From NCBI GenBank assembly GCA_905178155.1, contig CAJINV010000015.1, positions 519,309 through 583,308 on the forward strand: a stretch of DNA of 64,000 nt, given 5' to 3'. Under the pieces are notes generated by a model. That model saw only the letters and a list, made by a program, of their open reading frames with translations. It was not told the origin of the DNA and searched no databases. Positions 11,773 through 24,046 of the stretch are shown piece by piece. Source of the stretch: Amoebophrya sp. A120. Its lineage: Eukaryota; Protista; Dinoflagellata. Numbering within the stretch: position 1 is the first letter of the stretch; every line of letters begins with the position of its first letter. The position numbers and the translations under genes were made by a program.

Positions 11773-14140
11773 TCAAAACGCCCTCAAAATCCTGGCCAAA
11801 CAAACCAAGACCACCCCCGCGTCCCAGACACTCATGAGCATCAAAGGAACGAAGCTGTACCTTTCCCCAAATAAAAGTGCGTTCAGTCCGTTCGGGCCGA
11901 AACCCGTGGAGAATTCGTTGTAAAGTGCGGTCGCGACGACGCCGGTGAGTAGAAAGTTATCGGAGGTTTGGAAAACAAACAGAAAAGACGAGCTTGATGT
12001 GGTCCTTCCAGCAGGTGCGGCTCTACTGCTCGCAAGAACCATCGGAATCCTTTCGTGCAAATACGCGATTTCGAACAAATGCACTCCAGCCGCGAGGAAA
12101 TACTTCGCCAAACAATTCAGCGGGTGACTCGTATTTGGTACGAGCGGCATGATGGACAGCGTTGCGGTGATGTGGAGCAGGAGAAAGGCGCGGAGAAAGT
12201 CAGCGTTTGAAGATACTGAGGTAGAAGTGCTGGTCCTTGACCTTGTCGGTAGTCTTAGATGCACAAACAATTGCAGTGGGATGGTCACCATCAAAATCGC
12301 CTTTTCGTGGACGTGCCACCCGACCAAGAAGGCGACCGCCGAGCCCATCGAGAGAAAGAAGAGAAAATCCGTGCCGTGAACGGATTTCGTTTGTTTGATG
12401 AGGGTCGTTTGTTTGGTTGAGGTTGCTTTGTCAGAGCCTGATGCTGGCGCACTATCACCTTCCTTCGAAGATATGTTCGTGCTCCTCGTTGTCGTGGTGT
12501 ATTTCCTTTTCAACACCAGTCCCAGCACGAAGTACAGGCTCACTACCAGCAAAAGGCAAACCATCGGCGTGATAGTCGGCAGGACAACAGACGAATAAGT
12601 CTCCACCAACCCCGTGGTACTGCTGCTGGTACCACTGCTGCTGCTTCTCTTGAGAACTTTTGCTAAAACCCTATCCGCGAAATTGTACAGCGCCCAGACA
12701 TTCGGTGCCCAATAGGCGTGCGTCAAGCCTCGGCCGAAGGGAAACAGCCGGGACAAAATCTGCTTCACTTCCGCAACAGTAGCGACGAAAACCGTTTTCA
12801 AATCGAGCGAAGAAGTAAAGGAGAGGACTCCACCGCCTCTTCGACCACCCAAAGATTCTTCTATTGCAGGGTAAACAGTGACCGGCGCCCAGATGAGGAA
12901 AGTTGTGACCAGAACGAGGAGTCCCAACCGCAAAAATCGAAAGAATGAGAAGCGGGAGGTGGATTTGCTCGTCGTCGTGGTAGCAGGAACAACAGAAGAG
13001 TTGTCGCCCTTCAACATCTTCGAAGACGAGTCCTTTTCGCCACCAACGAAGCACTCTCGGTACAGCAAGACCACGAAGTACACCGGGGCGCAGTAGAGAA
13101 AAATGTGCTTCATGTTGAATAGCAGGGTGAACAACAGCGCGGCTTTCAAGTGTTTCTTCTCGTAGAGCTCAAAGGCGGAGAGAAGAAGAATTCCGTACAT
13201 CATACCGTTGTACTGAAAGTTCTATTCACAAGAAACGACCAATACCGATCCACATCCATTTTTTGCATGACAGACACTGGCTCTGATGCACGTTTTGCAT
13301 GCCAAAATGGATTTATGGGGAGGGATCGGTTTTTGTGCATAAGTGCATGTGGTCGACGACTAGCAGACCCGCGTTGAATACGACGAAGATTAGAGAGGGG
13401 AGCAGAAGATGACCGTGGCTGGTGTTTCTGTTTGCACCTCTAGTCGTAGTTGTACTTCCGCGGGATCCACCCGTCGTCCCTTTCGTCACCCACTTCCAGA
13501 CCGCGTAGACGAGAACAGTGTCGGACAAAATCACGCTCAAGCGGTGGAAGAAGATGAACTTCGTACTCGCGAAGTTGACGGAGTGTCTCACCGACGCTAC
13601 CGCCTTTTCGAAGTCGAAAAGGAAATCCCCGAGGACTTTGTTCCTGCCAATACTACCGCCGAAGATCCCGTTCCCGCATGACAGGACTAGATAGAGGAAA
13701 AATTCGAAGTACGCAAACATGGGCGGGTAATCCAGCGTCCATTCAGAGTACTTCTCCTCGTGGTACCACTGGCTCAACGGAAGATTTCCGGTGATGGCCA
13801 GCCAATTTCTGTGGACCTCGAAATCCGTGCTTCGGTACGCGCTTGGGTTGCTGGTGGAGTCATCCACGGCACGACTGCTTGCGCTTTTCCCCACAACTGC
13901 GCCGGCCGTTCTGCCGGGGTTTGTGGGCGGGAGGAAAAAAGATTTTAAAACAAAGTGGAGGAGGAAGATGTTGAAAAACGTCAGTCCGCCAGACTTTGAA
14001 GCAGTTTTAGTTTTTCCTGTGGTGGTAAAGCTAGTTCCATCATTTGCTCCAGTGCGAGGCTCTGCTTCCACATTTCGTTGCCGTTGTTGAGCCAGCGAAG
14101 AGACTGGCGCGGCAGCTCCTGTGAGCAGGGTACGAGACAT
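11773..14140 (-). CDS. ALG8: ALG6/ALG8-family dolichyl-P-Glc alpha-1,3-glucosyltransferase (ALG8-like)
   Basis: YRSTDFEVHRNWLAIT, EWTLDYPPMFAYFE, DHMH|FQYNG (joined across introner 13223-13341), LSRLFPFGRGLTHAYWAPN, GWHVHEKAIL. Confidence 0.93.
13223..13341. mobile_element. Introner family B (degenerate) in ALG8
   Basis: TSD agttc/agtgc; restores DHMHFQYNG. Confidence 0.8.
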
Positions 14141-14759
14141 GATGTTCGTTTCTGGTGGCTGAGTGACCTCCAGTTATATGACTCGCACTTGTAATAGAAG
14201 CAGCACGAGGACTGACAATGTGTACATAGTTTTGGCTTTCTGCTCTACTGTGTATGAGTTACGAATCTTCACTACAACTACACGTTGAAGAAGTTAAACT
14301 TCGTCTAGAACTAGAAGCAAGACCAGAATCTGCTGAAAGAGCTTCTCGAAAAGTTTGATCAATGTAGTCTGAAGAACAGTCCCGCGGCCTTGGACTGTTG
14401 ATTATTGCAAAACTGACAGCACCGAAGATCCTTCACAAGGGGGATCAAAGCAACCACATTAGACAGCATCCAGAGTTGTAAAGAGTGGATATGTTCGTTG
14501 TTGAACCAGCACCAGCGATGCAACGTCATAGGAGCAACGTGAGCTGCTAACTTTGAGTTCGATTCGACTTCAGAATTGAAATTCCACAGAACCATAGTGG
14601 GACGAACAACTGTTTGACCGCCGCTCTCTAGCCGTGATTTAGTCGGAGTGTCACGGTTGGAAGTCCAGAATTTTCGATGCAGCAAGAAGTGAAAAATTTG
14701 GGTTTGTTTATCCCGTGCAAGAAGTACGTGCTAGTGCTACACACGACTTCTAGGACTAC

Positions 14760-15566
14760 TCACCACCCCATCTCATTCCTTTTCAGCCAGTTGCAAAAGC
14801 TTTCCGCAATCACGGCCGACCCTAAGAGCAAAAAGCAGATCGGCATCTGGTCTAGCCAGAAGCCGAGAAAATAATACCCTCCCGACGGGGTGTATTTCAA
14901 CACGGTTTTTGCCACGCTCGTAAACTTCGACATCGGCAGGGAAACGTTGCACGAGAGCTGGTACAGAAAATACAGCTGGAAGACGCAGAAAACGGTGAAG
15001 CAAACCAGTAGCCCTATTCTCAGTCTGTTCACCGCTTTTTCACTCCAAAATTTGTGGTGCCGCAGGAAGGTCTGCAGGGATATTATGGTATTGCCGTTGC
15101 TCGACCGTAATGCAGTTGTCCTCTCTTGGACGTCGAGAGTAGAAGTTCCAGTCGAAGAAGAAGGAAGATCTGGTCCTCCGTTGATCCCACTTGTTCCTGC
15201 CTTATTAGCACGACTCCCGGCCGGAAGATCGTCGTTCTCCGCTCCGGACAAAGCCAGTTCTACAGTGGTGGAGCCCCCCGTAAGAACATCAGGATCTACG
15301 GAGGAAGTTGCAGCAGCCCCGATAATGCGTTCCGTATCGTCCTCGACCTGATCTAAATTAACCGCGTTCCAGTCCTCGTCTGGTATTGTCCCTCTCTGGC
15401 TTATTGCACTGGCAGTTCCGCCACCCGGTAGTGTCTTCTGTTTCCGGAGATTTCTCCCGTTGTTCCGGCGTTTCCAGAGCTGGATTTGCACGAAAAAGAC
15501 GAGTCGCACCAGCAGGAGCAGCAGAAAAGAGATGTAGGCAATCTGGCCCGGTTTCGCCATCGCCAT
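14760..15566 (-). CDS. Hypothetical multi-pass membrane protein (may be a 3' exon of an upstream gene)
   Basis: 268-aa ORF with several hydrophobic segments; an introner-like end lies at ~15604. Confidence 0.5.
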   Translation of the reverse strand: MAMAKPGQIAYISFLLLLLVRLVFFVQIQLWKRRNNGRNLRKQKTLPGGGTASAISQRGTIPDEDWNAVNLDQVEDDTERIIGAAATSSVDPDVLTGGSTTVELALSGAENDDLPAGSRANKAGTSGINGGPDLPSSSTGTSTLDVQERTTALRSSNGNTIISLQTFLRHHKFWSEKAVNRLRIGLLVCFTVFCVFQLYFLYQLSCNVSLPMSKFTSVAKTVLKYTPSGGYYFLGFWLDQMPICFLLLGSAVIAESFCNWLKRNEMGW

Positions 15567-15898
15567 GGACAGCCGACCGCCGAGAAAGAAGAAGGACGGT
15601 TGGTATGAAAGCGAAAAGCGGGAAGGTCGGGCTTGTAGTTGTATCAGTATCTTTGACTTCGTTCTACTTCTTTCAATGGCTAGTAGTTGTGGTGTCCACG
15701 TACTACGTTTTATGATGCACTCTCACAGAAGGTCGTGTAGCACGTGACACCTTGCAAAGGGTACGTTGCTGTACTTCTACTTCTCCTCATCTCCGCGTGC
15801 TCGTACTGTACAAAGAAACTACAAACCATATTACCACTGCAATTCTGGTGCTTCCGCAACACTGATACAATATGCAGGAACCTTTTTTTGTTCTTGTT

Positions 15899-18800
15899 TC
15901 ATACCGCGTCCGCGTCCCAGTCTTGGAAAACTGTGGATTTCGTGAATTCTTGCATAGAAACCGGCACTGCTGATGCACGAGTCCTTGCCGCCCCGTCTGC
16001 AAAACCTTCCGTCTTCGACGTTTTTCCTCCGCTTGAGCTGATTTGCGCGTAAGCTTCGAGAGCACGAAGGTGGGTCATCGGCTTCTGGTCTTCATCATCC
16101 GCGACTTCGTTGTGCCGTCGCCCAGGCGCAACAGATTGCTGCTCAAATGAAAGTTCATCCGCGTCCGATGGTGGTACTGCTTTTATCTTTCTTCCTCCTT
16201 CCGATAGAAGATGCTGAGGATGCTGCTCTTCCAAAGCAGCTTCATCTTCCTCTCGTCCCTCACGCTCTCCTGGCGGTGACGGCAACATTCGTCTGGTTCT
16301 AGTAGTTCCGGGTTTTGGAGAAGACGACACCGATTCGAACTGCGCATTGTACTCCTGTGAACTAGACGTTTTCCAGTACCCGCTCCTGGTGAGTTCCACG
16401 TAGGTTTTGTATAAATTCGTTTTCCAGTACCCGTTCCAATGCAACACCACCGGATTCGTACCAGTCGCCGGCGAAAAAACGCGGGAGCCCGGGGATTATC
16501 CTGTGCAAAAGTATCGCACTCGTATAAATGCATTACAAATTTCGATTTCCTCAGCATGAAAAGAAAAATTTCTAATGCAGATTCGCCTTGGAGACAAGAT
16601 TTGTAATGCAAGACCTGAATTTGTACGAGTGCGATACTTGTGCACAGGATAGGGATTTCGCGAAGTCAATCACCAGCCCAGGGTTTTCCTGAAACGGTTC
16701 GACGGCGGGGTCGAATTTTTCGTCTTGCAAAACCTGCTGGTTCTTCACCTCGATATCCACAGTAAATTTCCTGTACACGTACAAATGCTGTCTCTGCATC
16801 ACAAAATTTGCCTTCAATCCTAGTGTAGCATGACAAGTTGTACACTGCAAGTTAGCAAAATTTGTCATGCATTTTGTACATGTACAGAAAATTTACATAG
16901 CATACTCGATCTTCAGATACCCCAAGTTGCTGGCGAAAATCATCCCGAGGTCGTCGAGGCAGAAAAAATATCCTGTGCAAAAGTATCGCACTCGTATAGC
17001 TGCAAGTCTTGCATCACAAATTTTTTTCTGAAGGCAAATCAGCACTACAAATTTCATTTTTCATGCTGTGGACATCATTTGTAATGCATTTATACGAGTA
17101 CGATACTTTTGCAGTTCATAAAAAAGATTTGTTTTTCTTCTCTTCGAATTCTTTGCCCCAGACCAGGGCCCAGTAGTACTGCTCGGATTGGTTTGGGTAG
17201 TTTTTTGCGAACTCTTTAATTGGGTATTTCCGAAAGAGCTCCACGAAGGCTTCCGCCTCGCCGATGAAGCCGCCGGAGCACAAAAACTGCGAAAACCTGT
17301 TGCTCGTTGTGTTTGCAGACAAAGCGGCTACTGCACCATCCGCACTGGTGCCACTACTTGAGGATACCAATGGTCCTCTAACCGCCGACGTGGTGAAAGC
17401 GCCGAGATACCCCGGTATGCAAGCAGACCCGCAGTTCTCCTCGCCTGAGAAAAAAATGCGGCACTGGCCATTGCTCTTCTCTTGCAGCTGCTTGAAACGG
17501 GAAAGAAGTTCCGGCTCCCCAGCCTCCAGCAGGGCGTCATAGGCGTCGGCGAAGAAAAGAACCTGCGGGAGATAATTTAATTTTTGTTTTCTAATTCTAG
17601 CTGTGAAAGGTGGAAACAACGCATATACAATCCTTCGTGATCAACATCATCCGAAAATTGTGTCATGCAGTACAACAAATTTGAGGTGGATACCGATCCC
17701 GTTCCCTTCATCCGGTACGCCTCGTCTTGGTGATAGACTAGCTTCTCAAGTATCGACTGCAAAGACAAAATTGCTTCTACATACTACTACAAACAAGGAG
17801 CCGAAGATCCTGGTCATTCCGCAATGTTCAATCACGCATGAACGCGTGTAGAACTTCATAGTTGAACTAGGTATTGATGAAGCAAATGGATCATGCACCG
17901 ATCAGCCTCTTGCTCTGGTGTAGACGGCAATTTCATATGAACTGCAAAATTATCGTACTCGTATAAATGCATTACAAATTTCCTCAGCGTGAGAAATGAA
18001 ATTTGTAATGGAGATTTGCCTTAAGAAAAAGATTTGTCATGCATGATTGCAATACGAGTACGATACTTTTGCACAGGATATTTCACGTTCACTGCTGATA
18101 CGCTGCAGGGCTTTTCGACTCCACTTCTGCAACACTGGGTCGCCCATGCCACGTGGTCTATCAGGCCGAACTTGTTCTTCTGAGTCAGTTCGGTTTTTTT
18201 TTCCCTGCGTCGACATTTTTGCAATTGCAAACCGCCTGGTGTACTACCAGTACTAGATAATCTAAAGCAAAATCAATATGCATCACAACCAGCAGGTCGA
18301 AGCATACCAACGAGAACGACAGGCCACGCAGCCATTCATGATTGGCCCGATCTCCCGTTCGTCTTCCTAAACGAATGCATGACCAGGCGCCATCAAACTC
18401 AACTTTCATTTTCGAAATGGAAATACGAACACGACTCAGGAATCGTTCGGTTCCTCGCACGATACGGCAGGATCGGCAAGTTGTGTACTTCCGCGGAATG
18501 CTGGAGGTAAAACTATCCTGTGTAAAAACGTCCCCACGTCCCCAGAGTCAAGATGGGCGACATCGCGGAACACACATCAAGACGCTTTGGGAATCACGCA
18601 TGACAAGTTTTTCTCTGTTTTGTAAGTGCAGTTTCGTAAGTACAGCCGCATCACAAAGCCATCCACTATATCCTGTTATACAGCATCACAAATTCCAAAA
18701 CACAGCCGGAAATGCCTCTGATGAGGATGCGCATTACAAATTTTCATGTGACTGCAAATCTGCATCACAACTCTGGGTTGAAAACGTTTTTACTTAAGGT

Positions 18801-19639
18801 AAAAACAGCAAGGGGTTCATCCTTGTTCCAATCGTGTAGGAATGAAGGCGCAGCCGGGGCTGCGGCACCGCTCCCGCCGGACTGTCGCCAGCGAGAAGGG
18901 CTCGGCCAGTACTGGGAGAGGATTTTTGCCGCTCATCCATTACACCCGTGGTGCTTCTTGATGTCCTCGCAGTCGGTGATGAAGATGATCTTCGAGATTG
19001 AAGCTTGTGGGCGAAGTCTGTATCTTTCTCCGAGAGCAGCGGGGGCCCTGCTCCCTGCAATCTTCGTTGTGCAACTTCTGTAATCGTCATTTCCGCGTTT
19101 GGTCCTTCTTGCTCGGATAAAGATTCTTCCCAGCCAGACAGTCGGGCCTGCGTTTGCCCTGCTATTTTTACCGCCGGGTGCATCAAAGATCTAGCCGACG
19201 TGGTCCGCAATGTTGAACCCTGGGCATCTTTGACGCTTTTATCTGCACTCTGTTCCTGAGCTGGTCGTGTTGTACGGTCTGGGGATTTACTTCGTTTTGA
19301 ACTAAGGGCCGTGTCTTGTCGTTCATCAACCATCATGGGTGAAGAAGCTGCAGACGCGCCACCCTCCATCATCTCCCCGCCGGGTGTAGTTACTTCCATG
19401 GCGGCTGATGTCGCAGTGGTGCTACTCCTGGTGCCCACTCGCGCAGTAGAAGTGTAACTGCCCAGACCACGACGATGAGGAACAACATCATCATGATCAT
19501 GGTCTTCATGGTCCTGGTGGCTCGCACTACAGAAATTCCCGTTTTGTCTTGCGGGATCGGCAAACAATACGACGGAAAAAAATCGTAACACGAAAACCAA
19601 CCTCGGACGACGAGGATACGAGAACGAATCGAAAGGCAT
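15899..19639 (-). CDS. PLOD/procollagen-lysine hydroxylase GT-domain-like glycosyltransferase with N-terminal signal/anchor
   Basis: Spliced motifs YTIGT...LQHSAEVHNLPILP|RGMG, VLFFADAYDALL, IFFSGEENC, FLCSGGFIG, EQYYW, NPVVLHWNG; 6 introner introns plus GT-AG intron 17563-17693; 3' end uncertain. Confidence 0.7.
16497..16651. mobile_element. Introner family A
   Basis: TIR, TSD gggat. Confidence 0.9.
16754..16904. mobile_element. Introner family I
   Basis: TIR, TSD ctcga. Confidence 0.9.
16969..17120. mobile_element. Introner family A
   Basis: TIR, TSD aaaaa. Confidence 0.85.
17936..18080. mobile_element. Introner family A, probably nested in older degenerate element 17751-18100
   Basis: TIR, TSD tttca. 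Confidence 0.8.
18159..18464. mobile_element. Degenerate introner, unassigned family
   Basis: TATC..GATA ends, partial TIR; restores LPILP|RGMG. Confidence 0.6.
18514..18801. mobile_element. Introner family G
   Basis: TIR, TSD aaaac. Confidence 0.85.
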
Positions 19640-19830
19640 TTTTTATTTTTCGAATGATTTTTAAAGGGTACGGGACGCGGTGCTAGACGTCTCAAGCAAA
19701 GAGGAAGGACCGTCTCATGTTTCACGTTCAACTGCTTACATACATTTAAAGTTTTCATCTGCATTTCTATTGGTGGAACTCACCACCAGGACGCAGATGC
19801 TGACGCATGGGAACAAGCATCGGCGCTCTT
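19589..19830 (+). repeat. Triplicated 5'-gene module (also ~20486-20770 and ~25022-25245)
   Basis: ACCAACCTCGGACGACGAGGATACGAGAACGAATCGAA...CACCAGGACGCAGATGC recurs three times. Confidence 0.85.
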
Positions 19831-20015
19831 CAGCCTTTTCCAAGCTGTGCATCTATATTAATTTCATCACTGTAACAGTTCAAGGGCGAAATCAAGACCG
19901 TCGCCGAATAAGCGCTCGGCGCATTTTTGAATTCTGCGCAGGTTTGTCGTTGAAGATCATTTTTCAAGTTCCAGAAAGTTCACGTCATTTCTTGCACAGC
20001 AGCAACGTCATCTCT

Positions 20016-20345
20016 TTATTGCGTGTCCGTGGTGGCGGACGATTGAGAAGACCCGTCTCCCGAGGATGGAGACCCGCCTCCCGAGGATGAGGACTCGACC
20101 TCCTGGCCGCGTTCCGCCCACCTCCTTGCTGCTTCGCCTCCGCCTATAATTGCGGCTGGCATGGCGTGTCCACCGTGGCCCGGCGCCCCCGGTGCGCACA
20201 TGTGCGCCAGGGCGCCTCCCAATGCCGACAGGGCCGGCCCCATCTCCACGAACGACGACTCCGCACCAGACTGTGTGCCTTGCGCACTATGGATGTAGCC
20301 AAACGCTGCCGCACTAAGCCGATTTACACATTGCATGTTGAGCAA
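20016..20345 (-). CDS. Small SSFVEM-motif hypothetical protein (paralog of 25678-26031), possibly pseudogene
   Basis: ORF shares AAFGYIHSAQGTQSGAESSFVEMG with 25678-26031; upstream frame disrupted. Confidence 0.35.
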   Translation of the reverse strand: MLNMQCVNRLSAAAFGYIHSAQGTQSGAESSFVEMGPALSALGGALAHMCAPGAPGHGGHAMPAAIIGGGEAARRWAERGQEVESSSSGGGSPSSGDGSSQSSATTDTQ

Positions 20346-21167
20346 AAGGACTCACAAGTACAAAAGGACCACAAAAGGTCGTTACTTATTTTGCCAGACT
20401 TGTACTACCCGTAGGTGGTGTGAGAACGTAATGCTGGTGATCTTCATCTTCATGCCAGAGTCTTTGCTGGTGCAGCCTGGCTCTGACACGAAAACCAACC
20501 TCGGACGACGAGGATACGAGAACGAATCGAATAAAAAAGTCATTCTCATTATCTTATTTTTCATCTGATAATTTATTTGATTATATTTCAAAGGGAGGCT
20601 GCGTTAGACGTCTCGAAAAAAGAGAAACAAGAGGACGCTCTTAATAGTTTGTTAAACTGCTGCAGTGGCTTACTTACATTTGAAATTCTCATCAGCATTT
20701 TTTGCTGGATCTCACCAGGACCACGCAGATGCAGATGCTTACGCATGAGAACAAGGATCGGTCTCGGTGTTCTCTAATCATAGAAGCGCTGGGCAATCTC
20801 GATCAACATGGAAAATTACTCTCCCAAGAACACAACAGTAAGGTGATCATTTAGCTAGCTTCAAGATTGGGATTGGCATTGGCGCACGATCATCAAACCC
20901 CCCAGTAAAAAACACAGCACCAGAAGAACGAGCGAATTTTTGCCAGTCACTGTGATCCTCAACATGGGTAAGGAATTCAGTATATAAAAGATTCTGGACT
21001 ACAACCAAAGTCGCCTTCTTCAGAGACACTTTTCATTTTCGTTTACACACCCGTTGGCTCTTCCTCCACCCGTCTCGGATTGTCACTGTCTGCAGGTTCA
21101 CGAGCGCGAAAAAATCTTCCAGCCACGGCCCCAAATATGACGACGGCAAAGGTTGCTTTCACGGCAT

Positions 21168-21530
21168 TCAAAGACCAGAACTTTTCCATCCCTGTCGCTG
21201 TTCTTGAAGCGAACGCTCGACATACATGATAAGTTGGACCGCCGCAAAGAGAAGGACACCAACAAAGTTTCTGTCTTTGAATGGGAAAGCATTTGCTTTC
21301 AAAGTCGTAAAACACCCGCCAGGAGCGAGCCCCAACGGGCTCGGTCTATGTGATCCCACTGCGCTCGCACTATGGGCGCCACCGGCACCGGCACTTTGGG
21401 CGGCACCGGCACCGGCACTATGAGCGGCACCGGCACCGGTCAGCTGATGAGCAGCCGCTGCCGCCCCCGTGGTCGCCAGAAAAGGCTCCATTTCGACAAA
21501 CGACGAATCCGCGAATGGGTGCGCAGCCAC
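21168..21530 (-). CDS. Small SSFVEM-motif Gly/Ala-rich hypothetical protein exon
   Basis: DSSFVEMEP followed by GAGAAHSA-type repeats (24-bp tandem, ~21370-21440). Confidence 0.3.
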   Translation of the reverse strand: MAAHPFADSSFVEMEPFLATTGAAAAAHQLTGAGAAHSAGAGAAQSAGAGGAHSASAVGSHRPSPLGLAPGGCFTTLKANAFPFKDRNFVGVLLFAAVQLIMYVERSLQEQRQGWKSSGL

Positions 21531-21900
21531 TTCTTGACGAATATGCCAGTCAAACTCTGACTCAACTCAACAAATCTTTGTTCGCATGCAAGGTCAGTAC
21601 CTGTAGTTGTAGAAGTACCAAGAACAACAACAGCTACAGTCCGAGCCGCAGCACTTATTTTCCGACGGAACGAGAACAACACTTAATTTAGAGAAAGGTT
21701 TTACAGCTTCTAAACATGCCCGGTGGGAGAGCTCGCGTCTTCAATTTTCACGATTATGTTGCCTCTGCTGCGGTGCGGCCTGTTTTCGCCATATTTATTG
21801 CAAGACAAAGCTCTGCTTCGCTTTTTTATGGGTCAGACTCATTCAACTGGCATAATCGTTGCTGCTCCTCAACATCCTGAAATGCTCGCACGCACTACGG

Positions 21901-22067
21901 TATCCAGTGCAAAAGCATCGCACTGGTACTACACGAATAGCTGCATCTTCAACTTAGTTGAAGATGCAGAATTGCCTTCATCTTGCACGATAAAGGGCTT
22001 TTTTTTGCAAAAAATATACCGTGCCATTTATTTTTTCACTACTAGTGCAACACTTTTGCAATGCATA
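21901..22067. mobile_element. Introner family A (degenerate)
   Basis: TIR; TSD eroded. Confidence 0.65.
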
Positions 22068-22308
22068 TGCAGAACTCACACGAATCCAGAGAGAAAATGG
22101 CTTATTTTGCCCCTCAGTTTGTTATGTGCCATGAAAAGAGCTTCATGCTGTTAAAGCTGATTTTTCGAGGCTGAGTCTGCGGACGACCAACAGGACGGGG
22201 GATGGAGTTGAAGTTGATACTGCCAGTAACTATTTGGGTATAAAGATAAAGAGCTTGCGGTAACTGCTGCTGAACATACAAACTGAAGCCACAACAAGCC
22301 ATCTTTTC

Positions 22309-24046
22309 TCACACGGCATAGACCGGCGACAACTTCTGGTCCGATGGGTCGATCAGATGCTGGCCGCTCCTCGAGTTTCCCTGTCCACCCGAAAACACTT
22401 GCGCTACACTCGCCAGCGGTCCACCGGGCAGGAAGAGCGATTGGAAGCCCGTAATAATTCTCTGCGCTTCGGTTTCGCTCTGGGATTGCAGAACCTTCGC
22501 CAGCTCTGCGATATCGATGGCGTTGGACGAATTCTGGTCCACAGTGGAAAACTCGTTCAGAAAATTCACCAACACCGGAAAGGGGATCATCTGCAGCGAC
22601 GGGGTAATCAGGATGGTCTGGACGTTTTGCTGTGAGAGTGAAGTGTAAACAATTTTTTGTATAACATGATGATGAAGATCATACTGTGCATATATTTGAC
22701 CACAACAAGGTCAGGTAAATCCATTCTCCATTTTCTTCGCTGTAACATCAAATGCTCAGCAAAACAAAAAAGTTTAATCGCGTACCTGTAAATTCTCCCA
22801 CTTCTTCAGTTCCAATTCGCCTCCCCTAGTTGCGCCACTTTGCGCCTTCAGCCGACTTATGCATTGCAAAAGTATCGTCCTAGTATAAATTGCATCACAA
22901 ATTTTGGCAAGAAGAAAAGTGGAATTTGTAATGCTGTTTTTAGCTTAGGAAGGAGATTTGTCATGCATATTTGCAATTAGTACGAGTGCGATACTTTTGC
23001 ACAGGGTACGACTTTCCGTGATCTTCACCGCTTTGGATTCCAGCAGGTACCTATTCATCGTGGACGATTTTTCAAACACTTTCGAATGCAGAAAAAAATG
23101 ACAAGTTACAGCTTTGCAGTAGAATGCTTTCTCATACGCGTCCGCATGAGACAGAGGCTGCGATTTTGTAAAACAAGAGAGGCAGCGACTTTTGGTGTTC
23201 ATGCAATACAGACTTCACAGAAATGCAAGACCGGCATATACAAATTCCAATTTTCTTCTATTAACACCAGATTACATATTTGCAACGCATAGTACCGGTA
23301 GAGGTCGTCCTTGTCGAAGGAGGTTGTCATGCTGGAGACCGTTTCCACGTCTAGGAGGGAATTGGTAGATTGGAGTTCTCCCGGGTTACTTCCCTCCTCC
23401 TGGCTGCCGGCCCCTGCTTCGTCGCTGAAACTGCCATCGAAATCGACAACCTCAGCACTGTATCAAATGCAAATATGTCTGGGTCCGAAACTTGTGATGC
23501 AAGAAAGGGAAAAGTGGTGACCTCACTGTAATGCGCTGCCAAGCATGACAAGTTTTTTCGTGGTCCTGAGTTGTGGGCCCCGCATGAGAAACTGCGTTTT
23601 TGCATGACAGGGAGGAGGAGCTCTTCGCGGCCACGCAATACAGAGTTTAGCGCCATGACAGACTAGCATGCCAAATCTCGCATTTTCCGAGACCCAGACA
23701 CACTTGCATTTGATACACTGACGAATTGCTCGCGACCGGAACCGTCGATCATGCGGACAACGGCCAGTGCTGTGACAACGTTGCTGCCACGCCGTGACAA
23801 CGACGTGCGGGAGTTCTTACCACGCCGGGGGATGGGATACAAATAGTTTGTCTTGAAAACAACGGGCCTGGTGTTCTCGCCCTCCATAGAACCCGTTTCC
23901 TCCAACAAGGGCGAGGCCTGTGATGTTGTGTATGGGCGTATCGGTGGGTAAACCAAAGGAAGCGCCAGCGGCAGCGCCACAGGGAAATACTCCTCATGCG
24001 CGTATGCAATAAAACAAAACGGATGTTTTCTGGGTACAAAAAACAA
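22309..24046 (-). CDS. EF-hand-containing hypothetical protein, copy 1 (ends uncertain)
   Basis: EF-hand loop DQNSSNAIDIAEL; exons join across 3 introners (EQFVS|AEVVDF...DLYR|YLLESK...ESR|LKAQ) plus short introns. Confidence 0.55.
22858..23008. mobile_element. Introner family A
   Basis: TSD cgact; shared with 27350-27508. Confidence 0.9.
23052..23291. mobile_element. Introner (J-like), absent from paralog
   Basis: TSD gtacc; empty site at 27547-27551. Confidence 0.85.
23461..23715. mobile_element. Introner family E
   Basis: TSD cactg; shared with 27716-27970. Confidence 0.9.
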
